Below, in pieces: positions 15,143 to 24,346 of a stretch of 64,000 bases of DNA. Each line of letters opens with the position of its first letter. Positions within the stretch are counted from its first letter, which is position 1. Source of the stretch: an uncultured Eubacteriales bacterium (GTDB lineage: Bacteria; Bacillota; Clostridia; Christensenellales; UBA1242); the NCBI GenBank assembly GCA_948514155.1, contig CAOQYA010000002.1:24002-88001 (forward strand), read 5' to 3'. The notes under the pieces are model-generated. The model had not been told where the DNA came from. It did not search any database and was given only the letters and a program-made list of their open reading frames with translations. The translations under genes were made by a program, and so were the position numbers.

Positions 15143-17530
15143 ATGAAAGTAACATATAAATGGCTGAAAGATTTTGTGGATATTGAAGACTCTGCGCAAA
15201 TCTTGGCTGAAAAATTGACAAGTGCTGGCTTTGAGGTGGAAGAACTTATCTATCAAAACGAGCATCTTCATGATGTTAAGGTGGGAAAGATTGTCAAAAT
15301 CGAAAAACATCCCGCAGCTGACAAGTTGCAGGTGTGCAAGGTTGATTTGGGCGGCGAGTTTGTTCAGATTATAACCTCGGCAACAAACATCTTTGAGGGT
15401 GCGGTTGTGCCAGTGTCTTTGCCGGGCGCTGACCTTGTTAATGGCGTTAAAATTCAAAAATCTAAACTTCGCGGCGTGGATAGCGACGGAATGTTCTGCT
15501 CGGGTGAAGAACTTGGCATTGACGATAGTTATGTCGAAGGAGCGTCGGTGAACGGCATTCTCATTTTGCCGGAAAATTTCACGCTTGGCGAGAATATTGA
15601 TGTAGCACTCGGACTCGACGATGTTATTTTAGATATCGGCATCACTCCAAACAGGCCGGATTGCATGAGTGTGATTGGAATTGCGCGTGAGGTGTGTGCT
15701 ATTTATGGTAAAAAGTTCAAAGAGCCAAGCCTTGATTATTCTACATCGCAAGATAAAGTGACTGACTATATTTCAGTCGAGCGCAAATCGGATGCTTGCC
15801 CAAGATATATGGCGGCAGTCGTTAAAAATGTTAAAATTGCAAAATCGCCGGACTTTATCAGAAGAAGGCTGTTTGCCGTTGGCATTAAATCTATCAGCAC
15901 AATTGTCGATTTAACAAACTATGTGCTAATCGAAATGGGACAGCCGATGCATGCCTTTGATAAGAAAATGATTGAGGGGGATAAGATTGTCATTCGTCAG
16001 GCTAATGAGGGTGAAAGGCTGGAAGTTTTAAATCATAACGCCTATTCACTAAGCCCAAGCGACCTTGTGATTGCGGACGCTAAAAAAGCGATGGTAATAG
16101 CCGGAGTTATCGGTGGAATGGGATCTTGCATCACAGACGAGACCAAAGACACTGTTATTGAGTCGGCGGTTTTTGACCTTAAATCAATTCGCCTCACAAG
16201 CAAGAAAATTGGCGTGAGAACGGACTCTTCTGCACGCTACGAAAAGGGCGTGTATTTCTCCGGCGCCGAAAATGGAATTAAGAGATTTTTGCATTTTGTG
16301 AGCGCGCTTAAACTTGGCGATATTTGCCGGGGGCTTATCGACGAGCATCTGCCTGCGCCAAAAGCGCGAGTTGCCATATGCGAAGTTAAAGAAATTGACG
16401 ATATTTTAGGCGTGAAAATTCCTGAAAAAGAGATGTCGCGCATTTTGAATGGTCTTGGAATTGAAACAACAATCGAGGGTGGAAAAATTACTGCTCTTGT
16501 TCCGCCATATCGCGAGGATATCGAAAACGCATATGACCTTGCTGAGGAAATAATCAGAATTTATGGCTACGATGTTTACGATAAATCGGAAACCAAACTT
16601 TTTGAAAATTCCACGGTCACAGAGGGTGGTTTAGACCCAAGAACGGCGCTTGAGCGCAAACTTAAAAACTCGCTGATGCACAATGGCTTTTTTGAGGCAC
16701 TTAATTTTTCCATTTGTCCGCCGGACATCTGCGAAAAACTTAACATCAGTGATAATCGCCGCTTTATGGTGAGAATTGCAAACCCTATAAGCGAGGAAGT
16801 TGCATGTCTACGCAGCGCAATGGCGCACTCGCTGCTTTCAAATGTGGCATATAACGAAAGCGTGGGCAACAAGAATATAAATCTTTTTGAGGCGGGAAGA
16901 ACTTATCAGCCTAAGTCTCTGCCAATGGCTGAACTTCCAGTTGAAACAAATTATATTGCGCTTGTTTCCACTGAAATGGACTTTGCAGAATTTAAGGCGT
17001 GCGTGCTTGCTATGCTTGCCGAGACTGGGCTTAAATATAAACTTGTCCGCTCGAAGGAGGGATATCTGCATCCTGGTATTTCGGCTGATATTGTTGACGA
17101 CGAGGGAGAAGTTTATGGAAGTTTTGGTCGCATTCACCCGATTGTTGCAAAGAACTATGATATCTCCAAAAACACCTGCTATGGCGAGGTGAATGTTGAT
17201 AAAATTCTGCCTTTTGCCGAGAAGAAATTTAATGTTAAGCCAGTTTCCAAGTTCCCAATCGTGGAAAGAGATTTGGCTGTTGTTGTTAAAGAAGAAATCT
17301 CTAATGGCGACCTTATGGCAGCAATTAAATCGGCTTGCGGCAAACTTTTCTATGAGGTGAGACTATTTGATATCTATAGAAGTGCTTCGCTTGGCCAAGG
17401 GGTAAAAAGCATGGCATATAACATCAAACTTTCGGACGAAAACAAAACGCTTACAGACGAAGAAGTGACCGATGTTATGGCAAGAGTGCTCAAAGCGCTC
17501 AAGTTTAGATATGGGGCAAGTTTAAGGTGA
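15143..17530 (+). CDS. pheT: Phenylalanyl-tRNA synthetase beta subunit
   Basis: 795 aa with a tRNA-binding N-terminal domain (MKVTYKWLKDFV) and B3/4, B5 and FDX-ACB-like regions. Confidence 0.95.
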   Translation: MKVTYKWLKDFVDIEDSAQILAEKLTSAGFEVEELIYQNEHLHDVKVGKIVKIEKHPAADKLQVCKVDLGGEFVQIITSATNIFEGAVVPVSLPGADLVNGVKIQKSKLRGVDSDGMFCSGEELGIDDSYVEGASVNGILILPENFTLGENIDVALGLDDVILDIGITPNRPDCMSVIGIAREVCAIYGKKFKEPSLDYSTSQDKVTDYISVERKSDACPRYMAAVVKNVKIAKSPDFIRRRLFAVGIKSISTIVDLTNYVLIEMGQPMHAFDKKMIEGDKIVIRQANEGERLEVLNHNAYSLSPSDLVIADAKKAMVIAGVIGGMGSCITDETKDTVIESAVFDLKSIRLTSKKIGVRTDSSARYEKGVYFSGAENGIKRFLHFVSALKLGDICRGLIDEHLPAPKARVAICEVKEIDDILGVKIPEKEMSRILNGLGIETTIEGGKITALVPPYREDIENAYDLAEEIIRIYGYDVYDKSETKLFENSTVTEGGLDPRTALERKLKNSLMHNGFFEALNFSICPPDICEKLNISDNRRFMVRIANPISEEVACLRSAMAHSLLSNVAYNESVGNKNINLFEAGRTYQPKSLPMAELPVETNYIALVSTEMDFAEFKACVLAMLAETGLKYKLVRSKEGYLHPGISADIVDDEGEVYGSFGRIHPIVAKNYDISKNTCYGEVNVDKILPFAEKKFNVKPVSKFPIVERDLAVVVKEEISNGDLMAAIKSACGKLFYEVRLFDIYRSASLGQGVKSMAYNIKLSDENKTLTDEEVTDVMARVLKALKFRYGASLR

Positions 17531-18645
17531 TTTATTTAGATAACGCGGCGACAACGCCACTAAGTGAAAATGCGGCAAAAGAGTTTGTGAAATATTCCTG
17601 CTCTGACTTTTTTAACCCTTCCGCCACATATGTGCAAGCGGTGGAGATAAAAAATAAACTTTCTGAGGTGAGAGAAAACTTGAAAAACCTTCTCGGCGCG
17701 AGAAAGGGTGATATTGTTTTTACCGGCGGGGCGACCGAAGCCAATAATCTTGCAATTCTAGGCAGTGCGCGCGAGGGAAAGTGGGAATATATTTTCTCGG
17801 CAGGCGAACATGCGTCGGTGATAGAACTTGCCCATGCGCTCGAAAAAGAGGGCAAGACCATTTCAATTATTCCGCTGCAAAAGACGGGAGAAATTGACTA
17901 TGTAGCACTTGAAAAAGCGCTCACTCCAAAGACGAGACTTGTTAGCGTGATGTTTGTCAATAATGTTACTGGCGCGATAAACGATATTGCAAGAGTTTCG
18001 AGAATAATGAGGAAGAAGTCGCCGACTGCGCTTTTGCATGTGGACGGCGTGCAAGCGTTTGGAAAACTTGAATTCTCGCTTGATAGACTGGATGTTGACC
18101 TTTTCTCGATAAGTGCGCACAAGTTCCATGGCCCGAAAGGTGTTGGCGCGCTGTATGTGAAAAATAAGGCGGCGCTTAAAAATATCGTTTTTGGAGGTGG
18201 GCAGGAGTTTGGTGTTCGCTCGGGAACGGAGAATGTTGCCGGCATTATGGCAATGAACGAGGCGGCAAATGAAATGAAGCCGCGACAGAATTTTGAAAAA
18301 GTGTCAAATCTTAAAGGTATCTTCATGAAAGAACTTGAAAGCGTGAAGGGAATTCGTTTTGTGGGCGAAAACACTTCGCCTTACATCTTGTTAATGATAT
18401 TTTCGGGCATTAACGGTGAAACACTTGTTAGAGTGCTGGAAAATGAGGTTGTTGTCGGTCGCGGCAGTGCTTGCTCTTCTAAAAAATCGGGTAATCATGT
18501 GCTGGAGGCTATGGGGATAAGACTGGAAGATATTAAAGGTGCAGTTCGGGCGAGTTTTGACCCGATGCAGGCAGAAGAAGAAATTTTAAAAGCGGCAAGA
18601 ATAATAAAAGAGCGTTATCTTGAGCTGCTTGAGAGGTTAAAATGA
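17527..18645 (+). CDS. Cysteine desulfurase (NifS/IscS family, class V aminotransferase)
   Basis: PLP lysine context SISAHKFHGPKGVG and C-terminal GSACSS. Overlaps the pheT stop and precedes thiI. Confidence 0.85.
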   Translation: MIYLDNAATTPLSENAAKEFVKYSCSDFFNPSATYVQAVEIKNKLSEVRENLKNLLGARKGDIVFTGGATEANNLAILGSAREGKWEYIFSAGEHASVIELAHALEKEGKTISIIPLQKTGEIDYVALEKALTPKTRLVSVMFVNNVTGAINDIARVSRIMRKKSPTALLHVDGVQAFGKLEFSLDRLDVDLFSISAHKFHGPKGVGALYVKNKAALKNIVFGGGQEFGVRSGTENVAGIMAMNEAANEMKPRQNFEKVSNLKGIFMKELESVKGIRFVGENTSPYILLMIFSGINGETLVRVLENEVVVGRGSACSSKKSGNHVLEAMGIRLEDIKGAVRASFDPMQAEEEILKAARIIKERYLELLERLK

Positions 18646-19796
18646 AAAAAATTGTTTTGCTTAGGCTTGGAGAACTTTTCCTAAAAGGCGAGAACAGATA
18701 TGTTTTTGAAAATGTGCTTTTAACAAATATTCGCCGCAAATTGTCGGGGTTGAATTTCAAAATCGAGCGCACTCAAGGAAGGGTGCTTGTCACGAGTTTT
18801 GATAATGAAGACGAAATTGTTGAAAGGCTTTCAAAAGTTTTTGGGCTGACTTCTTTAAGCGTTGCTGACGAAGTTGAGGCAAGTGTGGAGGCGCTTGAAA
18901 AATACTTTGAAAAATATACAGATGTTGTTGGCGCGTTTAAAGTTGATGTTAATCGCGCGGACAAGCGTTTTCCTGTGACTTCAATGGAAATGGCGGCGAG
19001 ACTTGGTGGCGTTATTTTAGATAATAACAAAGACGCGTTTGTTGAACTATATAGGCCTCAACATATATATAAGGTTGATATTCGCCAGAACGGAAAGGCA
19101 TATGTTTTTGATAAGGTCATAAAAGGCCAAGGCGGGCTGCCGCTCGGGACATCGGGAAGAGCGCTGCTGCTTCTTTCTGGCGGAATTGATAGTCCGGTGG
19201 CCGGCTATATTATGGCAAAGCGAGGGCTTAAACTTGAGGCGCTGCATTTTCACAGTTACCCATACACTTCGCCGGAGGCAAAGCAAAAGGTGCTGACGCT
19301 TGCAAAAAAACTGACGCCATATGTTGACGAAATAAAAGTGCATTGCATTTCTTTTACGAAAGTTCAAGAGACAATTCATGCTAACTGCTCGCCGGAGTTT
19401 ATGATAACAATTATGCGCCGCATTATGATGCGCATTGCTGAGAGGCTTTGCCTTACAAATAATCTTGGTGCAATTGTCACCGGTGAAAGTTTGGGGCAAG
19501 TTGCAAGCCAGACAATGCAAAGTATGACTGTCACTGAGAATGTGGTGGAGAGTTTGCCTGTGTTTAGACCTTGCATAGGAATGGACAAAGAAGATATTGT
19601 TAAGATTGCGAAGGAAATTGACACTTTTGAGACTTCCATTTTGCCATATGAAGACTGCTGCACTGTATTCTTGCCAAAGAACCCAGTAATCAAGCCAAAA
19701 CTTGCAAAAGCCGAGCAGGAGGAAAGGAATCTCGATATTGAAGCGCTTATCGCAGAGGCAATGGCAGGCGAGGAGGTTGTTGATATTAAATTTTAA
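18642..19796 (+). CDS. thiI: tRNA uracil 4-sulfurtransferase ThiI
   Basis: THUMP-like N-terminus and PP-loop LLLSGGIDSPVA. Confidence 0.9.
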   Translation: MKKIVLLRLGELFLKGENRYVFENVLLTNIRRKLSGLNFKIERTQGRVLVTSFDNEDEIVERLSKVFGLTSLSVADEVEASVEALEKYFEKYTDVVGAFKVDVNRADKRFPVTSMEMAARLGGVILDNNKDAFVELYRPQHIYKVDIRQNGKAYVFDKVIKGQGGLPLGTSGRALLLLSGGIDSPVAGYIMAKRGLKLEALHFHSYPYTSPEAKQKVLTLAKKLTPYVDEIKVHCISFTKVQETIHANCSPEFMITIMRRIMMRIAERLCLTNNLGAIVTGESLGQVASQTMQSMTVTENVVESLPVFRPCIGMDKEDIVKIAKEIDTFETSILPYEDCCTVFLPKNPVIKPKLAKAEQEERNLDIEALIAEAMAGEEVVDIKF

Positions 19797-19810
19797 TCTT
19801 TAATTGTTAA

Positions 19811-19835
19811 GCCGCAAATTCTTGCGGCTTTTTTT
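19811..19835 (+). terminator. Rho-independent terminator of the pheST-nifS-thiI unit
   Basis: GCCGCAA-attc-TTGCGGC followed by T7. Confidence 0.8.
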
Positions 19836-19990
19836 GCGCCAAAAATTTTTTTTGGCGCGCTGGGCGAACATGAACTTGTTGCTTGTTTTCGAAGGGGCTC
19901 GAAAAGCTGCGCGCGGGCAGTTCATGTTCGCCTACTCGCGGCCAAACGAAAATCGCCACGCGATTTTGCCGCGGCTCTCGTGCGAAGAGG
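19836..19990 (+). repeat. GC-rich hairpin-dense intergenic element (type 1)
   Basis: Hairpins at 19836-19858. A 13-bp inverted repeat at 19863-19875/19920-19932 encloses 19886-19905. A further hairpin spans 19937-19973. Block-wise homologous to 2131-2250 on the opposite strand. Confidence 0.7.
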
Positions 19991-20119
19991 GGCGATGTTT
20001 TTAATATCAAAATTTTTGGCACATTCTCTTTATTTTGGGTTGGGTGAGTGCTATCATTAAATCTGCGCCGAAATTAGGCTTATGCATACTCGTTTATATT
20101 TATAAAAACGAAATTTATA

Positions 20120-20251
20120 ATTTTGCATAAACCTAAATTGTTATAAAAATTCGGTGAATAAATATTCAAAAAACACTTGCATAAATATAAATTATGTTGT
20201 ATAATAATCGAAACTCGACTTATAAATATAAATTTATAAATATTCAAAAAC
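20120..20251 (+). promoter_or_regulatory. argR control region: sigma-A-type promoter with ARG-box-like operators
   Basis: Perfect ARG-box core TGAATAAATATTCA (20155-20168). TTGCAT (20177-20182), 17 nt, then TATAAT (20200-20205). Partial boxes occur around 20175-20194 and 20231-20251. Confidence 0.6.
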
Positions 20252-20299
20252 GCTACATCCCTTTATTTTAAAGGAGAATAGCCGCTGAGGAGGAAGAGC

Positions 20300-20752
20300 A
20301 TGGCACGCAGTGCAAGACAATCGAAAATCTTGGAACTTATCTCCACAAAGGAGATTGAAACGCAGGACGAACTTGCTAGAGAACTTCGCAATGCAAATTT
20401 CGAGATAACTCAAGCCACTATTTCAAGAGACATCAAAGAACTTGGCCTGACCAAGATTTTAACTTCTTCGGGCAAATATAAGTATGCGATTGTTGGCTCG
20501 GACGAGCAGCAGATTTCGAATAAATACATAACAATCTTCCGCGAGGCAGTGATTTCTGTTAAGGCGGTGCTTAACATTGCGGTTGTTAAAACACTTAAGA
20601 GCATGGCCGGCGGCGTTTGCGGCTTTATCGATAAACTAAATCTCACAAACCTTGTTGGCGTTGTTAATGGTGACGACACGGTGATGTTAATCTTCCCAAC
20701 AGCCGGCTCTGCTTCAGATGCTGTGCAAGCACTTAGCGAAATGCTGAGTTAA
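20300..20752 (+). CDS. argR: Arginine repressor ArgR/AhrC
   Basis: RQSKILELI...TQATISRDIKELGL winged-helix and a C-terminal oligomerisation domain. Synteny with recN. Confidence 0.9.
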   Translation: MARSARQSKILELISTKEIETQDELARELRNANFEITQATISRDIKELGLTKILTSSGKYKYAIVGSDEQQISNKYITIFREAVISVKAVLNIAVVKTLKSMAGGVCGFIDKLNLTNLVGVVNGDDTVMLIFPTAGSASDAVQALSEMLS

Positions 20753-20760
20753 GGTGGAAA

Positions 20761-22416
20761 ATGCTTAGAACTCTTTCGATAAAAAATCTTGCCCTTATTA
20801 AGAGTCAAGAAATTGAGTTTGACAAGGGGCTGAATATTATTTTGGGAGAAACGGGCGCAGGAAAAAGCTTAATCTTTGACGCTCTCTTTTTTGTTTTGTC
20901 GATTAGGACGGATAAATCGCTTCTGAGAACTGGAGAAGAGACTATGCGTGTTGACGCTGAATTTTCTCCGCTTTCGGAAGAGGTGAAAAATCTTCTTAAA
21001 GAACTTGAACTTGAAGATGACGAACTTATCATATCTCGCATTCTTCATTCTGACGGGCGCACTTCCACAAAACTTAACGGCTCGCCGTGCCCACAGGCAG
21101 TTGTTAAAAAACTTGGAGCCATGCTTGTTGATAGCCTAATGCAGCATGAGAGTGTTGACATTTTAAAAAGCAAAAATCACCTTTCATATCTTGACAAGTT
21201 CTGTAGGTTGGAAGGAGAAAAGGAAGAGCTGGGCGTCAAACTTTGCGATTTGAAAGAACTTAGAGCCCGTGTTAGCGCGCTTGGCGGAAGCGAAGAGGAG
21301 CGCGAAAGGCGCAAGGATATTTTGCTGTATCAAATCTCTGAAATTGAAAAGGCTGAGATTAAACTTGGCGAAGATGAAGAACTGGAAAATAAGATTAAAC
21401 TGCTTGAAAGCAGCGAGCAGATTGCTGAAGCGTTAGGTGAAAGTTCGCTTCTTCTTGACGGCGGCAACGGGGTGATTAGAAATCTTGCTGTGTGTGAGAG
21501 GCTGCTTTCCAAACTATCGAATATAGGCGAACTTGACACTCTTGCTGAGCGCATGATAAGCGCACGAATTGAACTTGATGATATTGCTTCTGAAATTAAA
21601 GAGTTTCTTGCAAACGCTGAAGCCGACCCAATCGAACTTGAGCGCCTTAATGAGCGCAAGGAAAAAATCAAAAGTCTGAAGCGCAAATTTGGCGGCTCGA
21701 TAGAGGCTGTGCTTGAAAGTCTGCAAAACATGAGAAATGAATATGACGAGTTGTGCGACAGTGGCGATAAACTTGCCAAACTTCAAAAACAGATTGAAAA
21801 GTGCAATGGCGAGATTATTAGCGTCTGCTCGAAAATTCGCTTAAAGCGCGAAGAGGGCGCAAAACTTGTGAAATCTGGGCTTGAAAGAGAACTTTCCGAC
21901 CTTGGCATGAAAGGTGTTAGATTTGAAGTGAACTTTGCTTCGAAAACGCCAAGTGCGGACGGCGCGGATGAAGTTAGTTTCGTTTTCTCTGCAAATAAGG
22001 GGCAAGAACTTAAAGACCTTTCCAAAACTGCCTCTGGCGGTGAAAGCAGCAGAATTATGCTGGCCATGAAAAACATGTTTGCTAGGCCGGACGACCAAAA
22101 GACGATGATTTTTGACGAAATTGACAGCGGAATAAGCGGCGAAGTTGGCAACATGATGGCAATCAAACTTCAAAGCATTTCCGCTCGCGACCAAGTGATT
22201 GCAATCACGCATCTTCCGCAAGTTGCAAGCGCTGGCGATCGCTTCATAAAAGCGGAAAAATATGTTGAAGGCGGAAGCACATTCAGCAAGGCAACGCCTA
22301 TTTGCGGCGATGAGATAATAAAAGAAATCGCGCATATGATTGGCGGCAAAGATTTAACAAGTGTTATGCTTGAAAACGCCCACCAACTTTACAATCGCGG
22401 CAGAAGAGACGCATAA
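20761..22416 (+). CDS. recN: DNA repair protein RecN
   Basis: Walker A GETGAGKS, long coiled coil, and C-terminal signature ASGGESSRIMLA with FDEIDSGISG. Confidence 0.95.
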   Translation: MLRTLSIKNLALIKSQEIEFDKGLNIILGETGAGKSLIFDALFFVLSIRTDKSLLRTGEETMRVDAEFSPLSEEVKNLLKELELEDDELIISRILHSDGRTSTKLNGSPCPQAVVKKLGAMLVDSLMQHESVDILKSKNHLSYLDKFCRLEGEKEELGVKLCDLKELRARVSALGGSEEERERRKDILLYQISEIEKAEIKLGEDEELENKIKLLESSEQIAEALGESSLLLDGGNGVIRNLAVCERLLSKLSNIGELDTLAERMISARIELDDIASEIKEFLANAEADPIELERLNERKEKIKSLKRKFGGSIEAVLESLQNMRNEYDELCDSGDKLAKLQKQIEKCNGEIISVCSKIRLKREEGAKLVKSGLERELSDLGMKGVRFEVNFASKTPSADGADEVSFVFSANKGQELKDLSKTASGGESSRIMLAMKNMFARPDDQKTMIFDEIDSGISGEVGNMMAIKLQSISARDQVIAITHLPQVASAGDRFIKAEKYVEGGSTFSKATPICGDEIIKEIAHMIGGKDLTSVMLENAHQLYNRGRRDA

Positions 22417-22433
22417 TTTTGGCAATATGAAAG

Positions 22434-22462
22434 AAACTATTTCCTAGCGAAATAGTTTTTTT
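22434..22462 (+). terminator. Rho-independent terminator after recN
   Basis: AAACTATTTC-ctagc-GAAATAGTTT followed by a T-run. Confidence 0.75.
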
Positions 22463-22473
22463 ATGGAGGGAAA

Positions 22474-23688
22474 ATGAAGCGTAAAGTTATGTGGGTCGCG
22501 GGGCTATCGCTTACAATAGTGATGTTGATTATCGGCAACATTGGCTTTAAACAAATTTTCTCGCTTCCGGAGGGCTTTCTGGCCACATATGACGAGATTG
22601 AGAGTGCGAACAACAATCGCATTTTTGGTTCCTTAGTTTCCGCCCAGATGCAGCGCTCCTCCCAAGAGGCGGCCACTAATTCGCCGTCTGAAGGAACAAT
22701 CGTGTTCAAACTTTTCGGCTTTATTCCAATCAGAAAAATGAGCGTTATCTGTTCGAATGAAGACGAAGTATATGTTGGAGGCGTGCCGATTGGACTCTCC
22801 ATTTCAACTTCTGGTGCAATTGTCATAAACGAAAAAATGGTGGAAACAGAGGAAGGCTTTAAAGACACTCATAAAAGCGAAAGATTTCGTGAGGGCGACC
22901 TTGTGACCGCTGTTAACGGGGTGAAAGTTTCCTCTTTAGACGAGCTGTGCGAAGTGATTGAAAGTAGCGAAAATGAAAACTTCGAAATAACTTACAAGAG
23001 AAAAAATAAACTCCACAAAGCCATTATTAAAGGCGAGAGGGATGTCGCGACGGGTAAATTCAAGTTGGGTCTTTGGGTGCGCGACGATGTTTCCGGTGTT
23101 GGCACGCTGACATATGTCAATAAAGAAACTTCCGCTTTTGCAGCATTGGGACATGCGATTACAGATAATGACAATAGTGTAGATGTTTTTCAAGGCAAGG
23201 TCTATGATGCGCGGCTGCTTGGAATTGATAAAGGTGAAAAGAATGACCCGGGGCAACTGAGATGCATGTTCTTAACGACCGACGATGTTAAGGGTGAAAT
23301 CTACAAAAACACCAAGTATGGAATATTTGGAAAACTCACAGATAAAGAGGGGCTCGTTGACCAAAATCGACTGCTAAAACTTGGCGGCAGGCTTTCTGTT
23401 AGCCCGGGAAAGGCATATATTGTTTCAAGTGTAAGTGGCATTCGTGAGGAATACGAGATTGAGATTATAAAAGCCTCTTATCAGGCTAAGGCGGACGACA
23501 AAAGCATGGTCTTTCGTGTGAAAGACAAGCGGCTGCTAGAACTAACTGGCGGCATAGTGCAGGGAATGAGCGGCAGCCCAATAATTCAGAATGGAAAACT
23601 TGTTGGCGCGGTTACGCATGTGTTTATGTCCGACCCGACCAAAGGCTATGGAGTCTATTCTGATTGGATGGTCGCAAATGAAGCGTAG
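22474..23688 (+). CDS. spoIVB: SpoIVB peptidase (S55 family, PDZ plus serine protease)
   Basis: GMSGSPIIQNGKLVGAVTHV and GTLTYVN...FAALGH. Synteny argR-recN-spoIVB. Confidence 0.9.
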   Translation: MKRKVMWVAGLSLTIVMLIIGNIGFKQIFSLPEGFLATYDEIESANNNRIFGSLVSAQMQRSSQEAATNSPSEGTIVFKLFGFIPIRKMSVICSNEDEVYVGGVPIGLSISTSGAIVINEKMVETEEGFKDTHKSERFREGDLVTAVNGVKVSSLDELCEVIESSENENFEITYKRKNKLHKAIIKGERDVATGKFKLGLWVRDDVSGVGTLTYVNKETSAFAALGHAITDNDNSVDVFQGKVYDARLLGIDKGEKNDPGQLRCMFLTTDDVKGEIYKNTKYGIFGKLTDKEGLVDQNRLLKLGGRLSVSPGKAYIVSSVSGIREEYEIEIIKASYQAKADDKSMVFRVKDKRLLELTGGIVQGMSGSPIIQNGKLVGAVTHVFMSDPTKGYGVYSDWMVANEA

Positions 23689-23690
23689 TG

Positions 23691-23716
23691 GAAGTTCGAA
23701 AATTCGAACTTCTTTT
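23691..23716 (+). terminator. Terminator after spoIVB
   Basis: GAAGTTCGA...TCGAACTTC followed by TTTT. Confidence 0.7.
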
Positions 23717-23771
23717 GCGTTGACTTTGTTATTCGGGTGTGATATTATAACTTCAAGTGTGGAGGCCTATT

Positions 23772-24242
23772 GTGTATATAGAAGAGAATATAAACAGAGT
23801 TAAAGCGGAAATTGAAAATTTAAACTGCATTGTTTATGAAAAAGACGACTTACTTACAAACTCAAAAGTTGTTGCAAAAATGTCCGGTGGCGAAAAAATT
23901 TTGTTGGATGATAAAGCATATTCTGATACTGAAATATTGTTAAAGGAAACAAATCATGTATTGCAAATTTGGCAAGAAAGATTATCTGATGAGCCTGCGT
24001 TATGGGGCGGGCTTGGGATGCTCTCTGAAACTGTTATAAACCTTCAAAAGTTAAAAAGATTTGAAAGTGAAGATGCTGATTTTTGTGCTAAATTTTTTGA
24101 TGGCTCTTGTCAAAAAATATGCGAATGTGTGGACAGCAATCGTGCTAAATATTATGCCGACAATATGAACGAAGAACTTCTTAAACAAGGTTTTTTTGCT
24201 GAGCAAAAAACGATGCTTGAAGATTTGGCGGCGAAACATTAA
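23772..24242 (+). CDS. Hypothetical protein (about 156 aa)
   Basis: ORF with GGAGG 6 nt upstream of GTG 23772 (track start 23757). No recognisable family. Confidence 0.45.
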   Translation: MYIEENINRVKAEIENLNCIVYEKDDLLTNSKVVAKMSGGEKILLDDKAYSDTEILLKETNHVLQIWQERLSDEPALWGGLGMLSETVINLQKLKRFESEDADFCAKFFDGSCQKICECVDSNRAKYYADNMNEELLKQGFFAEQKTMLEDLAAKH

Positions 24243-24253
24243 AAAACAAAAAA

Positions 24254-24281
24254 AGAGGTCTGATTGAAAAGCCTCTTTTTT
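24254..24281. terminator. Probable bidirectional terminator between convergent genes
   Basis: AGAGG...CCTCT stem with A and T runs. The loop is long, so this is weak. Confidence 0.45.
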
Positions 24282-24346
24282 CGTCTAATGTGAAGCATAT
24301 CTCCTTCACAAGTTTAATATGTGCAGAAGTTAAAGTTTTATTCACA

